From IMG/VR virus record IMGVR_UViG_3300042090_002148: 64,000 bases of DNA; one strand, 5' to 3'. The translations under genes and the position numbers were made by a program. Under the pieces are notes generated by a model. It did no database searches. It saw only the letters and a program-made list of their open reading frames with translations, and was not told where the DNA came from. The stretch comes from a virus. The first letter of the stretch is position 1; each line of letters starts with the position of its first letter. Positions 44,220-52,048 of this stretch are shown in pieces.

Positions 44220-44737
44220 GACGCTCTCTTCTTACGGCGATCGTAGGGGACGTAGTCTTCGCTGGCACGGCGACGGTTGCTACGCACGTGGTAGACGTAT
44301 GCACGAGGACAGCCGTGACGTCGGGCACACTCCGCTCCGCTGTCCGTAGAGGTGCGGATGTCCTCGATGACGGCGTCGCTGTACCTGGCCGCCTGGTGTT
44401 CTTCCCCGCGTAGCGGCTCTGTCGACGTCAAAGCTCGCCTGGCTTTGGCCTGCTTGCCGATGTGTGCCCGGCACTTCGCGCAGCTCTTGTAGCCAGGCGT
44501 GGGCTCGCACCGACCGCAGATGTAGCAGAGGCCGCTAGTCTTCTTCTTAGCGGCCCAGCGGTCCCTGCTTGGCTTGCACGCCTTCTTGAACTTCTCGTAG
44601 CAGTTCTTGCAGCGGTCGCTCGAGTAGGTCTGCGTGGCCGGGCAGTCCTTGCAGTGGCCCATCGCCTTCTTCTTGGCGCGTCGTTCTCGTTGCTTGCGTA
44701 ACCGGTGTGCATGAGCAGCGGGAGTCATGGCCCTCAT
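44216..44737 (-). CDS. Cys-rich zinc-binding protein with a homing-endonuclease-type C-terminal HTH
   Basis: Four CxxC pairs, then RGEEHQAARYSDAVIEDIR...CARRHGCPRAYVYHVR. Confidence 0.55.
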   Translation of the reverse strand: MRAMTPAAHAHRLRKQRERRAKKKAMGHCKDCPATQTYSSDRCKNCYEKFKKACKPSRDRWAAKKKTSGLCYICGRCEPTPGYKSCAKCRAHIGKQAKARRALTSTEPLRGEEHQAARYSDAVIEDIRTSTDSGAECARRHGCPRAYVYHVRSNRRRASEDYVPYDRRKKRAS

Positions 44738-44746
44738 CCTACCGAG

Positions 44747-44780
44747 GGCTAAGAGAAAGCGCCACGTTGGCGCCTCCTCC
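44747..44780 (-). terminator. Intrinsic terminator with TTAGC tail
   Basis: GGCGCCA-acg-TGGCGCT hairpin followed by ttctcTTAGCC. Confidence 0.65.
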
Positions 44781-44783
44781 ACC

Positions 44784-45005
44784 CTAACGTGGCGGCTCTC
44801 TTGTCATCTCGAGTCCACGCAGCACGCCGTTCAACTGAGAGTCCTTGAGCTCCAGCTGCTGTTCGAGAAGCTTGCTCTTCCTGCACTCCTTCGCCAGCAA
44901 GAAGATGAGCCCTCTGCGTTCCATCCCGCTCACGGGCTCCATCTCGTCTTCCTCCGCAGGAAGTGGCGCGAACATCGTCTCGAGCTCGTCGAATCCGGTA
45001 CCCAT
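44784..45005 (-). CDS. Hypothetical protein
   Basis: 73 aa, GGAGG RBS after the promoter at 45025. Confidence 0.55.
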   Translation of the reverse strand: MGTGFDELETMFAPLPAEEDEMEPVSGMERRGLIFLLAKECRKSKLLEQQLELKDSQLNGVLRGLEMTREPPR

Positions 45006-45024
45006 GGTTGCTACCTCCACGAGT

Positions 45025-45051
45025 CTTATCCCGGATCGGCGTGTTGTTTTG
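45025..45051 (-). promoter_or_regulatory. Bipartite phage promoter motif
   Basis: CAA-N15-CGGGATAAG. Confidence 0.7.
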
Positions 45052-45055
45052 CGGC

Positions 45056-45241
45056 CTACTCTCCCTCGCGCCTCACACGGGAACGCTCTTGGTCGAGCAA
45101 CGCGTTGACTTCGCAGCGCAGGGCGTAGACGCGCCGACGTTGCTCTAGCTTGAGCGGTGATTTCTCTGTGGGCGGCGCTAGTGCCTCCTCGAGCGCAAAA
45201 AGTGCGGTCAGCACTGTCGCGAACTCCTTCTCGGGCGTCAT
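45056..45241 (-). CDS. Hypothetical protein
   Basis: 61 aa, ATGA overlap. Confidence 0.5.
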   Translation of the reverse strand: MTPEKEFATVLTALFALEEALAPPTEKSPLKLEQRRRVYALRCEVNALLDQERSRVRREGE

Positions 45242-45414
45242 CGAGGCCACAGCGCAGTGACGAGCACTGCCACCATGATGCCGAGGAGGAGCAGAGTCAC
45301 TTGGCGCTGCTCCTGTGCCCATGCGAGATCCTCTTCGTGGCGTTGCTCGTCCGTCAGCTTGGCTCTGCGTGCGCGTTCTTCCCTGCGCCTACGGTGACGG
45401 CTTGGGCTCAGCAT
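45238..45414 (-). CDS. Small membrane protein (58 aa, not in track)
   Basis: MLSPSRHRRRREER...VTLLLLGIMVAVLVTALWPR. Confidence 0.5.
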   Translation of the reverse strand: MLSPSRHRRRREERARRAKLTDEQRHEEDLAWAQEQRQVTLLLLGIMVAVLVTALWPR

Positions 45415-45757
45415 CCACCTTCTCTTCCGGTACGGGCGTGCGCAAGAACTTCACGAGCCGGTTGTCATCGTCGTACTCGGCGGTGATGTAACCCCAGTCC
45501 TTGCGCGGCCCGTCGGGGATGACACCCACGAGGCCATTGATGAGACCGAGCGTACCGAGGAACACCGTATCCACGGTCTGCAGTGTGGGGTGCTTACGCG
45601 TAGCCGCGCTGACGGGCATGCGGATCTCAAAGAGCTGGCCGATGTCGGTGCGCACCGCCGGGTCCTCGATAAGCTTGTTCAGGCGCTCGATGAGGATGTC
45701 CGCGAGCATCGCGTTGATGCTGTTCTCGCCGGTCTCGGGATCAGGAAAGAGGGGCAT
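45389..45757 (-). CDS. Hypothetical phage protein
   Basis: 122 aa, AAGGAG RBS; LGTLGLINGLVG...WGYITA. Confidence 0.6.
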   Translation of the reverse strand: MPLFPDPETGENSINAMLADILIERLNKLIEDPAVRTDIGQLFEIRMPVSAATRKHPTLQTVDTVFLGTLGLINGLVGVIPDGPRKDWGYITAEYDDDNRLVKFLRTPVPEEKVDAEPKPSP

Positions 45758-45861
45758 GTGCTTCTCCTTGGTTGAACCGGGCGGCCAAAGAAGCACGCCC
45801 TTCTTGTTACGGTGGCGATAGCAGAGGTCCCCACCAGGGGACGCGTTGAGGCGACAGGCGA

Positions 45862-46410
45862 TCACGGATGTCCTGATGTATAGCGGCTCGACAATCCTAC
45901 CGCGTGAAACATGCCGAGCGCTTGCCGCTGCCCCGTGTACTGAGTGTTCGCCTCGGTGCGACGCTGGATCTGAAAGTCGACCGGAAGCCCACTCTGTCGT
46001 GCGAGCCAGTCCGAGATGGTCGAGCACATGAGCGACCATAGTGGATGGTAGCGTGGTGCTCGGTACGCGTCGGGAAAGTAGTGATCGAACTTCTCGTCCG
46101 CGAGGATTAGGCGAACGTCGACATCGCGGTAGTCGCGTGTCACGAGCGACGAACCGACCAGGTAGGGGCAGTCGTCAAACGCGTCGTGAATCATCGCGCA
46201 CGCGTGGTCCAGGTGAAACACCGCAGGCGCGGGTAAGTAGTTGGCACGGACGAGTGACTTTGCCACGGCATCCGCGCGCCTCTCTTCGTGGCTCTTGGGT
46301 TCACGATCCCCGCCAGGAAGCGCACGCTGCGCCTCAATCTGCTTCTCTTGCGCGAGATGCTCGAGAATGTTCTTCACCTCTCTGTTCGTGGGTCGGTCTT
46401 CTTCGCTCAT
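45862..46410 (-). CDS. Minimal pol-beta-superfamily nucleotidyltransferase-like protein
   Basis: PYLVGSSL..RDYRDVDVRLIL...LPVDFQIQ (GS, DxD, third D). Confidence 0.65.
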   Translation of the reverse strand: MSEEDRPTNREVKNILEHLAQEKQIEAQRALPGGDREPKSHEERRADAVAKSLVRANYLPAPAVFHLDHACAMIHDAFDDCPYLVGSSLVTRDYRDVDVRLILADEKFDHYFPDAYRAPRYHPLWSLMCSTISDWLARQSGLPVDFQIQRRTEANTQYTGQRQALGMFHAVGLSSRYTSGHP

Positions 46411-46488
46411 GATGCGCTCCTTGGCACGCCCTCAAGCATACCTGGCCGACGTATCGCTCCTCTACCGTCGCTACAGGTGGGACGTTGT

Positions 46489-46515
46489 AGCTAAGAAGAG
46501 CGTTGTACGCTCCTC
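46489..46515 (-). terminator. Intrinsic terminator with TTAGC tail
   Basis: GAGCGT-aca-ACGCTC hairpin followed by ttcTTAGCT. Confidence 0.6.
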
Positions 46516-46524
46516 CTCCACCTC

Positions 46525-47538
46525 TCACTCCTGAGCGTCTTCTTCGTTTGTCTCTACCCCCCAGCGTGCCCAGGGAACCTTCACGGCGTCTGGTGTATGA
46601 GGGACGTCGAGCACGCGTCGTTGCGCGCAGGATGCTCGGTAGCCCGTGTCTTTGGTGAAGACGCTCCGCAGCTGACGGTCAAGGATGTGGTAGCGCAAGC
46701 AGTTGAGCGCCGCGAACAGAACATGGTTCGAGGCTACCTGCGTCCCAACTGCGGACTTCCACTGCCGGAAGGCGTAGGCCGCATCCCCTCGGTGCAGCAT
46801 CTCTCCGGTCACTACTTCGCGTAGCCACTCGAGAGCGCCCTTACGGCTGATGGGCAGCATCCAGATAACTGCGGCGCGAATACCACCAACGAGGTTGGTC
46901 TTACCCGGTAGATCCTGTGCTTCGAGAATCTCGATCTCCTCAGAGTGACGCGCTGCCGCTGCTTCGATCTCTGCCACCGTCACCGGTGTATTGGTGGCCA
47001 GGATGCCCTGCTCCATGCGATGAATCAAGACCAGGGCTGCGCTCATACGCTGGGGAAGGCCAGTCAGCTGCGTGACCGTGCGCTTACCACCAACATCGAC
47101 GGGATCCTTCATGGTCGCTGCGCTGTTCCAGCTGACCACCATACGCACTGTAACGCCGCTTTCGACTACGGCATGCAGACGGTGCTGACCGTCCGTAAGC
47201 CTTCCCTGTGCATCGAAGCAGATGCCCTGGTGGGTCAGCTTCCAGTTGCCGGACTTCATGTCGTTAGCGAACGACGTCACACGAGACGCAGATAGGCCGC
47301 GCTGATCTTCGTGATTCCTCTTGAGCGCATCTGCCGCAAACTGCGGCGTGATGTCCATGATAGCGATGCGAAAACCTTCGGGACCGAAGTGCTCCTTGAT
47401 GATGGCCTTTGCGAACTCTTTGGTTTGATCGGGCCAGTTTACTGCCGCGACTGCTCGTCGTGCCCCTGCTTCGGAAGTGTATGCTCCCGTGCGCAGCGCG
47501 GATAGGAAACCTTCGGGTGTTGAGATATTCGGTGTCAC
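46525..47538 (-). CDS. ParB/Srx-like (DGQHR) domain protein
   Basis: ITPQFAADALKRN...QRGLS...FANDMKSGNWKLTHQGICFD..GRLTDGQHRLHAVV; GTG start after AGGAGG; lower GC3. Confidence 0.75.
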   Translation of the reverse strand: MTPNISTPEGFLSALRTGAYTSEAGARRAVAAVNWPDQTKEFAKAIIKEHFGPEGFRIAIMDITPQFAADALKRNHEDQRGLSASRVTSFANDMKSGNWKLTHQGICFDAQGRLTDGQHRLHAVVESGVTVRMVVSWNSAATMKDPVDVGGKRTVTQLTGLPQRMSAALVLIHRMEQGILATNTPVTVAEIEAAAARHSEEIEILEAQDLPGKTNLVGGIRAAVIWMLPISRKGALEWLREVVTGEMLHRGDAAYAFRQWKSAVGTQVASNHVLFAALNCLRYHILDRQLRSVFTKDTGYRASCAQRRVLDVPHTPDAVKVPWARWGVETNEEDAQE

Positions 47539-47572
47539 GTCTCCTCCTTGACGCGGTTTCGCGTACATACTC

Positions 47573-47599
47573 GTTGTATCTGAACGCACATTGTTTTTG
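47573..47599 (-). promoter_or_regulatory. Bipartite phage promoter motif (variant)
   Basis: CAA-N15-AGATACAAC upstream of the ParB-like gene. Confidence 0.55.
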
Positions 47600-47625
47600 C
47601 GCTTCCTTGGGTGGCAAGAACCACC

Positions 47626-48921
47626 TCACCTAACAACAACGAGGTACTTCGAGCATCTCGTGATGGCGGTGTAGAGCGCGCGCTTCTTCGTCTCCGCGTC
47701 CATGTGACCTGTGGGCTTGTCGACGACGATGACGTAGGTGAACTGGCTGCCTTGGCTCTTGTGCACGGTGAGCGCGTAGCCGAAGTCGAAGAGCATGCCG
47801 ATGCTCTCCCAGTCACGCACGCGGTAGTCTGCCACCTCTTCGTACTCGTCGAAGTCGCGGATGGTCGCCTCGCGATTGAACTGGACCTTGCTGATGAGCC
47901 CCTCGACCATCAGCTCGTCATCCTCGAAAAGGACCTGCGCGTAGTAGTGGAACTTCGTCTCGCGCTTCTTCGAGAGCTGCACTACGACGCCGCGCATCCC
48001 GTTGAAGATGGTGTGCGCGATGTTCTTCAAGCAGATGACCTGGTCACCCACCTGGAGCTCATCCTTGTAGTCGATGTCCCATGCAGCCCTGCGCGCCATG
48101 CCGTTCAGAGCCACGCGCTCGCGGTTGGTGTTCGTGAGGATGGCCACGTCGTTGTAGGTGGCCTTCTGTCCGAAGAGCTGACTCACCACCGTCTCTAGCT
48201 GGGACATCCCGACGATCTGCACCTCACGCGTGGGCGTGTTGTAGCTGTGGTTGTGGGGGATGAAGCCCTTGCGCCGCACCTCGTCGCTGAGTGCGAGAAT
48301 GGGGCTGCCCTGCGCCTGGCGGTGGATGGTCTCGAGGCGTAGGTCAGGGTCCTCCATCAGGTTGAACTTGCCGTACACCGGCGGCAGCTGCCCGTGGTCG
48401 CCCACCGCGAGGATGGGAATGTCGAACTGGTGCAGCGCGTCGTAGAGCCGCTCGTCCACCATCGAGGCCTCGTCCACGACGATAAGGTCGAGCTCGGGCT
48501 TCTTGCGCGGCCTCCACCCCGTCACGCGCCCGGTGTTCTCGTCGACGACGGGGATGTAGAGAAGCGAGTGGAGGGTGCTGACGGTGTGGTTGGGGTAGTA
48601 GCTGCTGGCGTCCTGGAGCTTGCGGCGCAGTACGCCCGTGGCCTTGCCTGTGAAGGCAGAGAAGCCCACGGGCTGGCGCTTGTAGCGACCCGCGAGGAGG
48701 GACACGAGCGTCGACTTGCCCGAGCCGGCGTACCCACCCAAGGTGAGCAGGCCGCCGCCTCGGTGCTTGCCGTACCACTTGCAGACCTTCTCGAACACCT
48801 CGCGCTGCTCATCGCTGAGCATGCTCTCGTTGAGGACCCGCTTGTGGCCCACGCTGTCGTTGTTCTTCTTGGGTACGTGCGTGAACCTGTACGGGCTGTT
48901 CTCGGTCTGCTTGTGCATCAC
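47626..48921 (-). CDS. SF1B ATP-dependent DNA helicase (Dda/RecD-like)
   Basis: GYAGSGKST, VVDEASM, GDHGQLPPV, HRQ, FGYALTVHKSQGSQF, LYTAITR. Confidence 0.9.
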   Translation of the reverse strand: MMHKQTENSPYRFTHVPKKNNDSVGHKRVLNESMLSDEQREVFEKVCKWYGKHRGGGLLTLGGYAGSGKSTLVSLLAGRYKRQPVGFSAFTGKATGVLRRKLQDASSYYPNHTVSTLHSLLYIPVVDENTGRVTGWRPRKKPELDLIVVDEASMVDERLYDALHQFDIPILAVGDHGQLPPVYGKFNLMEDPDLRLETIHRQAQGSPILALSDEVRRKGFIPHNHSYNTPTREVQIVGMSQLETVVSQLFGQKATYNDVAILTNTNRERVALNGMARRAAWDIDYKDELQVGDQVICLKNIAHTIFNGMRGVVVQLSKKRETKFHYYAQVLFEDDELMVEGLISKVQFNREATIRDFDEYEEVADYRVRDWESIGMLFDFGYALTVHKSQGSQFTYVIVVDKPTGHMDAETKKRALYTAITRCSKYLVVVR

Positions 48922-49406
48922 GCCTTCTTACTCCTCTTCAGCCTGCGCTCCTCCTTCTTTACCTCGACCTCGAGGAGCTGGGCTACGTGGCTCGTGGTGC
49001 GCGCGAGCATGGTCTCCGCCGTGACAGCGATGACTCCGCCCCCGAACGCTCCGATGTGCGGCTTGCTGCAGGTGTGGGCCCACTGCATCACGAAGACCCA
49101 CTTGTAGCCGAAGTGCTTGAGGTAGCCCTGCACGAGCGACGCGACGTTGTCGACGCTCCCGTTCTCCTCGGAGTACAGCCAGAGTCCGTCCTCGTCGTCG
49201 AAGTCCCAATCGAAGCTCGTCCAGCCCACGAAGTCTTCAGGGCCCATCAGGTTGAGGCCCATCTTCTTCAGGAAGTTGTACGTCTTCTGTGGCGTGCCCT
49301 TGTCGGCTGTGAGCGCCTTGGTCAGCCAGTCCTTCTCGAGCTGGCGCTGCTTCGGGTCCTCGGAGAGATCGAGGTTCTCGCTGAACAGAACGTAGTCGTC
49401 GCTCAT
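48918..49406 (-). CDS. Conserved phage hypothetical protein
   Basis: GLWLYSEENG...QWAHTCSKPHIGAFGGGVIAVTA. Confidence 0.6.
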   Translation of the reverse strand: MSDDYVLFSENLDLSEDPKQRQLEKDWLTKALTADKGTPQKTYNFLKKMGLNLMGPEDFVGWTSFDWDFDDEDGLWLYSEENGSVDNVASLVQGYLKHFGYKWVFVMQWAHTCSKPHIGAFGGGVIAVTAETMLARTTSHVAQLLEVEVKKEERRLKRSKKA

Positions 49407-49825
49407 CGCTTCTTCTTCCTTGTCTTGGGCTCGAAGCCCAGCATCTCGGAACCGAGTATGAGGACCTCGTGGGGGAACTCGCCGGCGAGCTCCTTGTTGT
49501 GGATGACGTCGAGCAGGACGCGGATGATGGTGCGGTACACGAACGTGTGCACGTCGGCCGGCGCTACCTCGGCGACGCCGGTGAAGCCTGCCGACTGCAA
49601 GAAGAACTGCCCCACCGGTGAACCTAGCCACTGGATGATGGTGGCTGCGACCGTGGCCTGATCCTGCGTGGGCTCCTGTGGTCGATGCTGGTGGTCCGGA
49701 TCGAGCAAGTAGGCGAGCGTGTTGCCTCACTCGTTGTGCTCCTCCCAGAGCTTGGCGAACAACTCCTCCTTCGGGTTGTCCTTGAAGCGGTACCTACTGA
49801 GTCCCTGATGCTTCAGCTTGGGCAT
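49403..49825 (-). pseudogene. Phage hypothetical gene interrupted by an in-frame TGA at codon 33
   Basis: MPKLKHQGLSRYRFKDNPKEELFAKLWEEHNE*GNTLAYLL...AATIIQWLGSPVGQFFL; TGA at 49727-49729, both halves GC3-rich and in frame. Confidence 0.7.
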
Positions 49826-50138
49826 GACGCTCTCCAGGTGGAACAAAGAGCTTCTTCAGCTCCTCGTTCGTCGCGTTGATGACATCCTTGCGGTACACGT
49901 ATCTGCCGATGAGATCCTCGCTGTACGCGCTCACATGGAAGCTCTCGGCGGTGAGCCAGAACTTCCCACCCATCCCGAGGTTCCCCATGAAGCGGAACTC
50001 CCAGGTGCCCCAGTCATCTCGAGCGTTCCACTCGAGCATCTTGTACATAAAGTTCTCACGCATCGTCTCCGATGCGCCAGCGTGCTTCACGAGCACGTCG
50101 AAGACCTTCTCGAACAACTCGTACGCTCCCAGTCGCAT
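49794..50138 (-). CDS. Hypothetical phage protein
   Basis: 114 aa, EFRFMGNLGMGGKFW; GAGGAG RBS. Confidence 0.6.
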   Translation of the reverse strand: MRLGAYELFEKVFDVLVKHAGASETMRENFMYKMLEWNARDDWGTWEFRFMGNLGMGGKFWLTAESFHVSAYSEDLIGRYVYRKDVINATNEELKKLFVPPGERHAQAEASGTQ

Positions 50139-50150
50139 GACTCCTCGTAA

Positions 50151-50462
50151 GGCTAACAACAGCGGGGGCTGTGCCCCCAGTTGTGTTTTCAGGTTGTGTT
50201 TACCCGATGCTACTTTGCGGTCAGTCCGTGTCGCAGAGAGAGTCTGTCGACCTCCTCGTTTCTCGTGCGCGATGCGGCCTCACACAGCACACTTGTTGAA
50301 GTATTGGGTACCGCTAGCGAACTGCTGCCTTCAGCTAGTCTCCCGAATGTCATCACTCTCGTTTAGTCGCAAAGGGTGCACTGCCTCGTACTGCTATTGG
50401 ACGTCTTGCCTCCTGTTCTGGAGAACAACGGAACACTCCAGACAGACATAGGTGTCTGCCTC
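50151..50462 (-). ncRNA. Candidate structured small RNA
   Basis: No credible ORF between the promoter (50469) and the terminator-TTAGCC (50151-50185); several stem-loops. Confidence 0.35.
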
Positions 50463-50468
50463 ATGATC

Positions 50469-50540
50469 CTTGTCCCGCTTCGCGGTCGACTCTTGCGAAG
50501 GCTAAAAAGAACGAGGAGCAGGCCGAAGCCAGCTCCTCGT
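50469..50540 (-). promoter_or_regulatory. Terminator-TTAGC-promoter junction
   Basis: ACGAGGAGC-tGGC-ttcg-GCC-tGCTCCTCGT hairpin, TTTTTAGCC, then CAA-N15-CGGGACAAG. Confidence 0.75.
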
Positions 50541-50542
50541 GC

Positions 50543-51076
50543 CTACTTCATCTCCTCCGCCAACAACCCACGCACGCGTTCTAGCTCCTCGTTCGTGTGC
50601 ACGACCCCGCCGCTGTTGAGGTCTAGGTACCACTGGAGCACCTCGGCTCGCGTGTCGAGGTCGTTCACGTGCCACTTGAAGCCGGCCTGGGTGATGCGGA
50701 GGCTGTCGGTGTAGTCACTGAACCGGTACTTGCCAAAGATGACGAGTTCGCTGCGCAAGAACTTGGTCACCGCCTGAAGGCGCTGCTTGCCATCTACGAG
50801 GACGAAGTCCTTTACGCCCCCACGGTCCCAGCGAGGGCAGTTCGTGTAGATGTCCTTGCCACTGGCGCCACCGCGCAGGATGAACTCGACGTAGCGCACC
50901 TGCTTCTGTTCGTCCCACACGTGAGCGCGCTGGAAGTCGGGATCCAGGTCGAGGCCGTCCCTCTCGGTATAGCCACGCAGTGCCTCGAGGAGATAGCTCC
51001 AGGAGATGTCGACCTGATAGCTCGCGGTCCGAGTGAACTGCGGGATGTCACGGAAACGAGGGCCTACGCGGGCCAT
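50543..51076 (-). CDS. Stand-alone DUF262 (ParB/Srx-like, GmrSD N-terminal type) protein
   Basis: LDLDPDFQRAHVWDE.KQ...LVDGKQRL. Confidence 0.8.
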   Translation of the reverse strand: MARVGPRFRDIPQFTRTASYQVDISWSYLLEALRGYTERDGLDLDPDFQRAHVWDEQKQVRYVEFILRGGASGKDIYTNCPRWDRGGVKDFVLVDGKQRLQAVTKFLRSELVIFGKYRFSDYTDSLRITQAGFKWHVNDLDTRAEVLQWYLDLNSGGVVHTNEELERVRGLLAEEMK

Positions 51077-51079
51077 CGG

Positions 51080-51790
51080 CTAGTGCCCGTAGTTGCAACC
51101 CAGGATGTACTTCTTGCCATCGGGTCCATCGAGAACCTCCTCATGGCTGCCGCAGCAGCCGCTGTCACGTTGCTTCTTGAAGCGGCGCATCTGGCTCGGG
51201 CTCTTGAGCAAGGCCACGCGGCAGTTGTCCATGCAGTCGAGCTCGAGCTGCGCAAAGTAGGCGTTGGCCCAGCGCACAACGTCGCCGGGCAGCACCTCGT
51301 CCCAGCTCTTCGCCCAGCTGGCGCAACGCGCAGCCGCGATGGCCTCACGCGCAGCGACCCAGAAGACGTGGGCAGATCCTTCGTGAGCGGGACGCCGAAG
51401 GTGACGCAGCGCCCGCATGTTGTCGGCAGTGGAGAGCTTGAGGTCCACGGGGCCGAGCTCAATGGTCATCTGGGGGCACAGGAAGGAGTGCTTCTTGTCC
51501 TTCCACGTCCAGTGCAAGAACAGCGCGCCGTTCGTCACACGAAAAGCGAAGCGCTGACCCCGATCGTCGAGCAGCGTCCACTTCTCCTTGGGCTCTGGGC
51601 GGTACTTCACCGGTCGCTTGAGCAGGACCGTCTGCTGGCGGATCTCCGCGAAGATGTGCGCCATCTCCGCGGGATCCTCCAGCTTGAAGCGGCCCTCGCG
51701 TCTTGCCCACTTCATCGGCTTCAGCGCAGCCGCTGTTTGGTGCATCGCCAAGCGCTTGTACTCACCCGGGTCCATCGCCGTCGACCCCAT
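51080..51790 (-). CDS. Hypothetical protein
   Basis: 236 aa; C-terminal GCCGS...ILGCNYGH. Confidence 0.55.
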   Translation of the reverse strand: MGSTAMDPGEYKRLAMHQTAAALKPMKWARREGRFKLEDPAEMAHIFAEIRQQTVLLKRPVKYRPEPKEKWTLLDDRGQRFAFRVTNGALFLHWTWKDKKHSFLCPQMTIELGPVDLKLSTADNMRALRHLRRPAHEGSAHVFWVAAREAIAAARCASWAKSWDEVLPGDVVRWANAYFAQLELDCMDNCRVALLKSPSQMRRFKKQRDSGCCGSHEEVLDGPDGKKYILGCNYGH

Positions 51791-52037
51791 CGAGCTCGCG
51801 CTCGATGAGCTGCTGCACCTCGAAGCGGCTCATCGAGTGGTTGCGTAGCTCCTTGCGGGTACGGCGCATCGCCTCGAGGAGCTGAGTGCAGCGCTTCTGG
51901 GTGTTCGTGAGGTTCGTGAACATCGCCTGGTACTCAGGGTGCGCGCGCACCTTGTCGAGCTCGGCGGTGCACGGTAGGTGGTCACGGTAGTCCTCGGCCG
52001 TGCGGAACTGCTGTCCGCAGGTGCACTCCTTCTCCAT
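51762..52037 (-). CDS. Hypothetical protein
   Basis: 91 aa, CTCG...HLPC; NLTNTQKRCTQLLE. Confidence 0.55.
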   Translation of the reverse strand: MEKECTCGQQFRTAEDYRDHLPCTAELDKVRAHPEYQAMFTNLTNTQKRCTQLLEAMRRTRKELRNHSMSRFEVQQLIERELDGVDGDGPG

Positions 52038-52048
52038 GCATCTCCTGA

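Noticed and set aside
44773-46522. Repeated GGTGGAGGAGG after two stop codons (44773-44783, 46512-46522)
   Set aside because: Explained as purine-rich 5' arms extending terminator stems; no start codon follows.
49727-49729. Genome-wide TGA recoding
   Set aside because: TGA terminates many genes with ATGA/TGATG coupling; only one internal TGA was found.
50325-50375. Group I intron or hammerhead in the non-coding gap (GAGACUA, GUGAUGA)
   Set aside because: No matching UAGUC on the same strand to form P7, no interrupted gene, and hammerhead core spacing is not met.
50200-50440. CsrB/Rsm-type sponge (GGA motifs)
   Set aside because: About five GGA in 300 nt of GC-rich sequence is not above chance, and they are not clearly in loops.
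50543-51076. Complete GmrSD or restriction-modification system
   Set aside because: DUF262 only, without the DUF1524/HNH nuclease; the MTase is 26 kb away with no adjacent REase.
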